Positions 54,999 through 64,000 of a stretch of DNA of 64,000 nt are shown here, piece by piece. Position 1 is the first letter of the stretch. Each line of letters starts with the position of its first letter. A model generated the notes under the pieces. The model was not told where the DNA came from. It saw only the letters and a program-made list of their open reading frames with translations, and did no database searches. Source of the DNA: Octopus vulgaris (lineage: Eukaryota). The translations under genes and the position numbers were made by a program. Location: the NCBI GenBank assembly GCA_951406725.2, contig OX597830.1:37572001-37636000 (forward strand), given 5' to 3'.

Positions 54999-55315
54999 AT
55001 TATTATTATTATTATTATCATCATTATCATTATAATTATTATTATTAATATCTCACCGCGGACATATTTGCATTTCATAATTCCCCGGACCATAAAATAA
55101 AGTACCAGTCAAATAATTTCGTCTCCACCCCTACGTTTCAGGTCAGATTCCAATATTTGGAATCAATATTATCATTATTATTTATGTTATGGGTATTATT
55201 TCCTAATTTTACGTTACGTTTTCTTAACAGTCTGTTGCACTCAGACATAAATAACTTTACTTCTCCCTTTGATCTCATATAAGTATGTACGTGTGTGTGT
55301 GTGTATGTATGTATG

Positions 55316-55371
<56 letters not shown>

Positions 55372-55466
55372 TTTATATATTCATAGGCATATACATATAT
55401 TTATAAAAACAAACACACGTTTGCGTGTCTAAGAGTGTATCTATATGTCTACGTATGTATCTGGAA

Positions 55467-55521
<55 letters not shown>

Positions 55522-55567
55522 TACATATATACATGTATGCATATATGTATATATATATGTATATATG

Positions 55568-55626
<59 letters not shown>

Positions 55627-56792
55627 GTATATATATATATGTATCTATATATATGTATATATGTATGTATAAAATATGTCAGTTTTCCTCAGGATGACTG
55701 AAGCAAATAGGTATACACACAGATACACACGCATGTATATACATGTGTGTATACACAGACACACAGACAGACGCACACACACACACACATACATACACAC
55801 ACAGTGATATATTCTTGAGTTCGTATTGACATTTCATGGCTTGAGCTATTTTCTGTAAACACAACGATTGCTGTCTCCCTATAGTCTCGTTCCTCCTGCA
55901 GTACTGTAATATCATTTCGTATCATTTGCGAAAACATTGTTCCAGCGTTGATTTTATCTAGGTCGGCCATTCATTTAAGAATACACTCAAATTTACTTAC
56001 TGATTGATTCCAGTTTTAATTAACCATCACAGAATGGACAGCAGAACGCATTTCAGCGAATTGTTTTTGATCCCATTTATTTCGAAGCATAATCTTTAAG
56101 CGCGATGATAAGTTTGAGCATACACAATGAAAGCTAGTCATATTCAGCCGTGTGTTGTTCGGTTCATTCAGTCTCATAGAAACAAAGGAAATTAACGAGA
56201 TGTAAAATCAAATTTCGTTCTCAAAATTGAGATATAAATACGACTCTGGATGCTCATAACATGCTTCATGTATTTTAGGAAACCATTGTTGTTGAGGGAT
56301 TTCAATTTATCTTTATAGCGGGAGTTATTTAATAAGGCAAATGCTGCATTTTTGCGGCTAGAAATTGCTTAGCGGAACAAAACTGACATGTTATGCAATT
56401 TTTTCTCCATGTTAATGATGCACTGCATTCTGCAATGCTGTGTATGCCTCATAATCTCAGCATCAAAAGGACTCCCATTTCTATCCTATTTGTTTTTTAA
56501 AATTTTTTATGGTGTCCAAGGTTTCTAAAGTTTCCTTCGACTGAAAGCCTTTGTTCTTTAGTTTCATTTCTGTTCTGGTATTAAATCTCTGTCTGAAGTC
56601 TTAAATTCTTTGAATCTTCACTCCTGAGGCGTTTTAAATAGATCGTGTCTGAACATCGTTTTGTCAAATACATGCCTTTTCCTGTTTCATTTTCCAAACA
56701 AGTAGTCGGTCATTGTCTTCTGTGTACTGTACTACTCTGCCTGTCTGTCTGTTTCTCTGTCTCTGTCTGTCAGTCTGTCTGACTTCTGTCTG

Positions 56793-56842
<50 letters not shown>

Positions 56843-57715
56843 TTTCTCATCAAATATAAAAATATACACGCCATTCATCTTTTCAAGCGTCTTTCTAATT
56901 CTTATTGATTTCTCATTAAAATTTTTTCCAGTGTTTCATAAGAGGGATTGGGGAATTTTGGTCTTCCTTCGTAACATCTCAAGTAGTCTAACTTGTTTCA
57001 TAGCATCTCAAGTACATTGTTCTGCCTCATATGCATTTCCAGAATTAAAAGTAATATTGCCAGTTCTTTCTAACTTTAGACCTTCACATGTGTACATAAA
57101 TAAAGTGTTTATTCTGATAATTTTTACTCACATATAATTCTTAACATTTTTATTTTGAACTGACACGTAAATATTCTAACAACATTCAAATATTGTTACT
57201 GAGTCTTTTTGTTTATATCTGCAGGTAATTTTACCAATTTGAAAGAAATGAAAACATAGGATCACGCACGCTCACAGACGAACTTACAGAGACTTACGAG
57301 TTCGTTCAATCATTTTTGTTACTTTGGTTTCAAAGAATTGGAAACTTCAATTTCGAAGGTGAACTTTGGTTTCCATCAGTAAGTACATGTTCACATGTCT
57401 GTTAATTGATATTTTATTTTCCTTTCATTCGTTTTCAGCTCTTTTTGCATATCTAGAAGAAATACACATGTAAACACACAGACAAACGCAAACACATGCA
57501 CACACACACACACACATCACAAAGACATACACACAGATATATACATATACAGATACACTCAAAGAAACACTTCCGTTTTTCTCAACTTCACTCCTCACAC
57601 TCACTAACATTCACTCTTATTCACCCATTTACAATTCTTCTCCCCAATATTATAATTCCAAATAACACTCAGAAACAATAGAACGTAATATACATACGCA
57701 AAAATATATGAATAC

Positions 57716-57751
<36 letters not shown>

Positions 57752-58009
57752 ATATATATGTGTGTTCGGTGTGTACATATTTTGTATGGATATGCACGTG
57801 CACGTATGTATGTATTTACATATATAAATTTGGACTTGCACATGAGTTCTCACATAAGAAGAATTAAGGTATTAAACTAATCTACGATGAACTCAGTTCC
57901 CAGCCACAAACCTCACAGCAAGGGAAACACCTGTAAATATATTGAAATCATTTACAGCCTCGTGTAACAAAATGGAGAAGCGTAGCAATGTTCCAATATA
58001 AAACCACAC

Positions 58010-58660
58010 CCCTCTCTGGACTCCCTCAATTGCAGTCAGTCTCTGGCCAGTCGTAGTCACTTACACCCTTGGTAGCAAGTGAAATAGTATCATCTCTCGT
58101 CTCTGGTCCTCCTCTTGATTTTCTCTATCGTCTTGGTGTCCATTCCATAATCCTGATTGTCCCTCTATTGTCTTTCAGTCATACGATGTGGACAGCCCAT
58201 TGATATCAGTTCCCCTTGATACCTCTTATGAATACGACGGCCAGGAAGTGCTATCATATCTAGGCGCTGGTTTTCTTGTCCTGCAATATGATACCGAACA
58301 CGATTCGTTCCATTTTCCTTTGGGCTACAATGAGGGCATTTAAGACGTTAGTGTTCAGAGCCCTTATTTTACTGCCGTAAATTATCAGAGCAGGATATAT
58401 TCTTTTAATTTTCATAGATACCTTAGGTCTTCTCATGAGGCATTACACCTTCTCAAAGGCCGCCCAACCAGGTGCTATTCTCTTCATTTCCGAGAAAAGA
58501 TTTCCCTCTTTCGTCACCAACTTCCCCATGTGAACATAGCTGTCCACCTATTTTATGGCGTAATGTGCGTCTTGATCAGGCTCTTTGTCTTTCCAATGTA
58601 ATGTCCATACTGATGTCGACAATTTGGCTTGTAGTGTAGATATCTGTGAACATTTCCTCC
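58010..58660 (-). mobile_element. RTE LINE 3' ORF fragment
   Basis: The minus strand reads VDSYVHMGKLV..EMKRIAPGWAAFEK..PALIIYGS..LIVAQRKMERIVFGI..QWAVHI..MEWTPR..RGGP. Confidence 0.8.
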
Positions 58661-58699
58661 AGTTCAAGTTATATATATATATATATATATATAACAATT

Positions 58700-59030
58700 A
58701 GATGAAACTTAGATATGTTTTGTTTATGGTCCATTCGAGTAGTGAGTTCTTGTTGAGTGAGTTGTATCCAGGTATGGGTGGCGTTCTGGTATTTGCATTG
58801 ATTTACGACGCTGGAAAGTTCGTTTATGAAAATTATAAGGAGGAGCGAGCCCAAGACAGTCTTGCAGAGGGACTGCAAGTTGGTGTCTACATTCCTTCAG
58901 GAGACTAGCGGGAGCCTATCAGGGCCTACAGCAGAGTAGTATTTGAACACATTTATTGCTGCTATGATGTCTGAGGCAGTGAAGGTTATGCTCGTAATCA
59001 ACTTCGCTCGCTTCTCTTACGTCAATATCA
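58700..59030 (-). mobile_element. CR1/L2-group LINE RT fragment, internally deleted
   Basis: [24 protein letters not shown] joined to TVLGSLLLIIFINELSSVV (cf. QGTVLGPLLFLIFINDL). Confidence 0.7.
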
Positions 59031-59094
59031 GTGAGATCACTAAAGATACAGCAGTATTGTTTACACATATATATCTACATATAGACATAATCAT

Positions 59095-59142
<48 letters not shown>

Positions 59143-59216
59143 CCATATATGTATATATAAATATATCTACATATATATATATCTACATATAGGTATAATC
59201 ATGCATAGATATATAT

Positions 59217-59282
<66 letters not shown>

Positions 59283-59286
<4 letters not shown>

Positions 59287-59627
59287 GGGTAAAGACCCCC
59301 TTCGGTCATGAATGACCATGGGATTGCACCTAGAAAGTTACCCTCCTAGACACAAGTCCGGGCAAGGTTGTTTATGGAAGACCAGCAGTCACCCATACAT
59401 ACCAGCCTCTCCTCCCCACACCACCAGTGTTATCCAAGGGAAAGACAAAGGTCGATACAGCTTGGCACCAGTGACGTCGCAACTCATTTCTACACCTGAG
59501 TAAACTGGAGCAACGTGAAATAAAGTGCCTTGCTCAAGAACACAACACGCATCCCGGTCCGGGATTCGAGCTCACAACCTCACGATCGTAAGCTCGACGC
59601 TCTAACTACTGAGCCATGCGCCTTCAC
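59283..59627 (-). mobile_element. tRNA-derived SINE family C, full length
   Basis: Head GAAGGCGCATGGCTCAGTAGTTAGAGCG..GCTCGAATCCC, then TTGAGCAAGGCACTT, tail GGGGGTCTTTACCCCTTT. Flanked by (TA)n. Confidence 0.88.
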
Positions 59628-59628
59628 A

Positions 59629-59659
<31 letters not shown>

Positions 59660-59754
59660 TATGTATATAAATGGACCACAAACAAAACTTGACTTAAACA
59701 GGATTCAAATAATCCTATCAGGTGGTGCTATTAAGTTAAACATGGCTTGGACCA

Positions 59755-59832
<78 letters not shown>

Positions 59833-59869
59833 GTATATACAATATATGTATATGTATATATATATGATA

Positions 59870-59955
59870 TTTTCATTCTTCTCGGGCATCAAACTAATAC
59901 ACATGTTTGTTGTTCATACACCTGTCTTCGTCTTGTGTTTTTCTATATATTTCAA
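59870..59955 (+). mobile_element. Family H1 3' fragment (hammerhead portion absent)
   Basis: AAACTAATAC..TGTTG..ACACCTGTCTTCGTCTT matches 19360-19402. Lies within (TA)n. Confidence 0.7.
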
Positions 59956-59973
59956 ATATATATATATACACAT

Positions 59974-60031
<58 letters not shown>

Positions 60032-60993
60032 TTATGTATATATATATATGTGTGTGTGTATGTATGTATATATGAATGTATGTATGTATGTATATATATA
60101 TATATATATATACATATATATACATACTACGCTTTGATTTACGACTACCAAATCATAAATCATCTCTCCTATTATTTCGATCTTCAACTATTTGAGCGAA
60201 AATGCCATATATCAAATATTTAAAAAATTGTCTATGTAGGTACGAGCCTAGTTATAGTTTTTTTTTTCTTTTTGGAATTTTCCTGTCATAAATCAAACAG
60301 TAATAAGACAATTGTTTATATGTATAAAAGAGCATTCATTTCAAGAAGTGATCAAACTGTCAGAGCCACTACTGATATCTAATAAATGTAGCAATCTTTG
60401 CTTTACATTAACAGAACAAGATGACACATTTGCAAACGCTATAACATCATTTGTATACAAAAACTATCCTAATGTTTTTTTTGTTCCAAATATCACAAAC
60501 TGTGGATTATACTATGCCTAACGGTATGTAGGACTGTGGAATATAACCTGAAATGAAAGTCACTCAGAAATTAAGCTTAATTGGAATATTGAATTATGTC
60601 CAAATATGCTCTGCGATTCACTCTCTCCATGGGTCTGATCACGATTTTTATATTCCTCACGGGGAACCCATGACCATTTGAATACTGGTGTTGATTAAGT
60701 CGTCTATATTTACTCGAAAGAATTTTTATGATAATGAATTTTTAAAATTCTGTTTTTTTATACATGTATATATCATTTGGTAACTGTTAATCTCGAAAAG
60801 ATAAACCTATTATTTAGCACATATAAATGTTAAAAATCTGTTTGGATGGAAAGGGTCGAAGGCTTCATTGGAACACAGGTATGGTAGATAACCGCTAAAT
60901 GTACGGAAAGAGCAGCATGGCATACACCTCTAAAACTGTATATGGCCTAGCTGCAATTGCTCTACAACCTTATAAACTTTTGGGAAAATCCAC

Positions 60994-61037
<44 letters not shown>

Positions 61038-61070
61038 ATGTGTGTGTGTATACATATATATGTATGTATG

Positions 61071-61106
<36 letters not shown>

Positions 61107-61288
61107 GTAAACACGAATACCTACACCACACCAGGGAACTCTGGTGAGATGGATCAACAGTTACAAATTGGATTTGGTACCTGCACTTGAAATATACAGT
61201 GTTCTTTTATTACACTGCGAGCACTGTCTTTGTATCTAGCCGTTTTCTGGCATCTTATATGTTTAGGTATCTGGTGCTTATAAGTAAG

Positions 61289-61334
<46 letters not shown>

Positions 61335-61335
<1 letters not shown>

Positions 61336-61637
61336 TTTGTTCCTTCGCGAGCCATGCCTGGCTGATAAGGGCCGGTTTCCCGGTTTCCTTGGCGTATAGG
61401 TTCTCCACCTGAACGGGACGCCAGTCCGTAGCAGGTGAGCTGCATGATGCAGGTGGAAAGGATGAGAGAATGTTGTGGCGAAAGGGTCACCAGAAGTTCG
61501 CCATTACCTTCTGTCGGACCCGCGTGGAGCTTAGGTGTTTCGCTCATAAACACATACATTGTCCGGTCTGAGATTTGAACCCACGATCCCTCGACCGCTA
61601 GTTCGCTGGTCTAACCACTAGGCCATGTACCTCCTCA
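61335..61637 (-). mobile_element. tRNA-derived SINE family D2 with V-domain-like segment
   Basis: A-box TGGCCTAGTGG, B-box GGTTCAAATC. CCTGCTACGGACTGGCGTCCCGTTCAGG resembles the V-SINE conserved domain (from recall). Confidence 0.8.
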
Positions 61638-61750
61638 CTATATATACACGTAAGGAAGTAAAAAGATGACACTAGAAAAAACCAAATGTTAGCTTACAAC
61701 TATTTCCACTATAACATCTCGTGGATTCTTAGTTGAATACTTCATATTCA

Positions 61751-61824
61751 AGGCTCTGATGAACATATAGGACTAAGAGTCCACCTCGTCTTATTGCAGA
61801 AACGCCTGTAAGTTAGGCAAGTCC
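61751..61824 (+). ncRNA. Decayed type I hammerhead-like motif with full stem III
   Basis: AGGCT-CTGATGA-ACATATAGGA..TCTTATTGCA-GAAA-CGCCT-GTAAGTT-AGGC-A-AGTCC. The core is intact, but the GU of the cleavage triplet is missing. Confidence 0.5.
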
Positions 61825-62140
61825 ATTACATAACATTTAGTTTTTTCCGGTGTCATCTCTTTTTATGACCACACAATACTCATATAACATTGTATCCTTG
61901 GCCATAGGTTTATTGAGTTCTATGCCATATTAGTCTCGCTATGTCTAAGCGAAATATTAAAACACACACATACATGCATACACAGACATACACACACACG
62001 CACACACATGCATACACACATGTATATAAGAAATAAGGACAAACGTATGTTTATATTATTGTTCCTATGCATGTTTCACAATCATGGTCTCTCTTATATT
62101 CACTGCGTACTTCATAACTTGTATGAACTCTCTCTCTTTC

Positions 62141-62536
62141 TCTCTCTTTTACTTGTTTCAGTCATTAGACTGCGGCCATGCTGGAGCACCGCCTATAATC
62201 GAGCAAATCGACCCCCAGGACTTATTCTTAGTAAGCCTAGTACTTATTCTATCGGCCTCTTTTGCCGAACCGCTAAGTTACGGGCACATAAACACACCAG
62301 CATCGGTTGTCAAGTGATGGTGGGGGGACAAACACAGACACACAAACACACATATATATATACATATACACGACAGGCTTCTTTCAGTTTCCGTCTACCA
62401 AATCCACTCACAAGGTTTTGGTCGGCCCGAGGCTATAGTAGAAAACACTTGCCCAAAGTGCCACACAGTGGGATTGAACCCACAACCATGTGGTTGGTAA
62501 GCAAGCTACTTACCACACAGCCACTCCTGCGCCTAT
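62141..62536 (-). mobile_element. SINE family A, full length
   Basis: The minus strand starts TAGGCGCAGGAGTGGCTGTGTGGTAAG and ends GACTGAAACAAGTAAAAGAGAGA. Confidence 0.92.
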
Positions 62537-62717
62537 TGCGCCTACATACTAATCATTATAAAAGTTGCGTAACAAATGTAGAGAAAGCAACACGGGTTAT
62601 TATAATACGCGGAAAACTATAAGTATAGCTGTAGTTATCATGCATCTGTTTTTACCCATAATTTCTACTTGATAGATAGATATATAGATAGATACACAGA
62701 TAGATAGATGGATGGAT

Positions 62718-62748
<31 letters not shown>

Positions 62749-62841
62749 TAGACATATATATAGATAGATACATAGATAGCTAGATCGATGGATATATAGA
62801 TATATAGATGGATAGATAGATACATGGATAAATAGATAGAC

Positions 62842-62919
<78 letters not shown>

Positions 62920-62939
62920 ATAGATAGACAGACAGATAT

Positions 62940-62990
<51 letters not shown>

Positions 62991-64000
62991 CATAGATAAG
63001 TCCTAACTTCTAGCAGTTCCGTTCACCAAAACTGATTAAATCCATCGAAATGTTCTTTTGAATCAAGATGTTTTTGTGAACAGCATGTAATATACGAACA
63101 TTTCCTTTGTATTTACAATGGCGAAAATCAATTGTTTTAATGTCAGTTGTAGATTGCAATTATCTCTCTTTTAAAATACACAACTTAATGTTGATTGAGG
63201 TAACTATATTATTGACTTGAAATTAATTCTTTGTGAACATAAAATGATAGTAAAGTTCTAAAGAGTCAGTCGATTAAATTATTTAAAATGAAAATTACAA
63301 AAAAAAAATTAAAATAAACAAGAACAATGAACTGGATCTTCAAATTTAAACTTTATGCTGGCTGAACGTATAATCAAAGGAATGTCTAAAGAGCATAAAG
63401 AATGCGCTGAGCAAAAATTGTATCTTTTCGCAAGTGAAATATGTAATTATTTGGCAAAAGAGAAAATTGTGAAGCCTATTTAATTCACTGTATTTCCGAC
63501 AGCGGTGTTCAGGAAAATGTGTCACGAAGACATCAGTTTAATGGCATTCAATTTAATGCTGTTTTCCGTCGCTTTCTCGCTATTCATGCTATGAAACAAA
63601 AGCTAAATTATACATTGTCTGTATTGTTCTTACGATGCTTATTGGAACTATACGCATTCGTTCGAACTGCTAGAAATAACTACCAAACATTCTTTAAACC
63701 ACGCACTACCGTCTAGAAAATTGGCAAGGTGTACCTACACTAAGAATAATATAGGAACATCTAGACTTAAATATTTTTGTTCATAGGTCTGATCAACTAG
63801 GATTGATATCGGATTGTGCAACGGATACAACGGCACAAAACGTCGAGTATTGCTTATGCATGAGCAAATCAAATAGAATATAGTTAACTTGGATTGTATT
63901 CTGTTGTTTTCGTCTACGTTGAGAGAAAAGACTTTAAATTTTGATTCTATGATTTTAAAAACTCTTCGAATTTGTGGACCTACGATGAAACATGGAGGAT

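Noticed and set aside
55689-55970. 93-aa minus-strand ORF MADLDKINAG...
   Set aside because: No recognisable domain, and it runs into a (TG)n microsatellite.

Overview
This is AT-rich, microsatellite-saturated eukaryotic non-coding DNA (intronic or intergenic). The SINE repertoire and repeat density point to an octopus/cephalopod genome; that is an inference, not database-verified. No intact host protein-coding gene is supported, and almost all listed ORFs are (TA)n/(CA)n/(TCTA)n/trinucleotide artefacts. The window is a mosaic of decayed mobile elements: several tRNA-derived SINE families (labelled A-D here), five R4/Dong-type RLE retrotransposon fragments sitting in (AAT)n tracts, RTE and CR1-like LINE fragments, a Penelope-like element (RT pieces plus GIY-YIG), mariner/maT transposons and MITEs, a cryptic Helitron Rep fossil, and non-autonomous Helitrons. 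The least expected signal is a layer of self-cleaving RNA motifs that the ORF track does not show. There are at least six hammerhead-ribozyme-like motifs in about five sequence types, mostly in short repeats next to microsatellites. One of them lies in the tail of a tRNA-headed (Pol III) SINE-like element. There is also a candidate HDV-like ribozyme at the 5' end of a non-autonomous LINE derivative. All boundaries were read by eye and are approximate unless defined by termini or TSDs.
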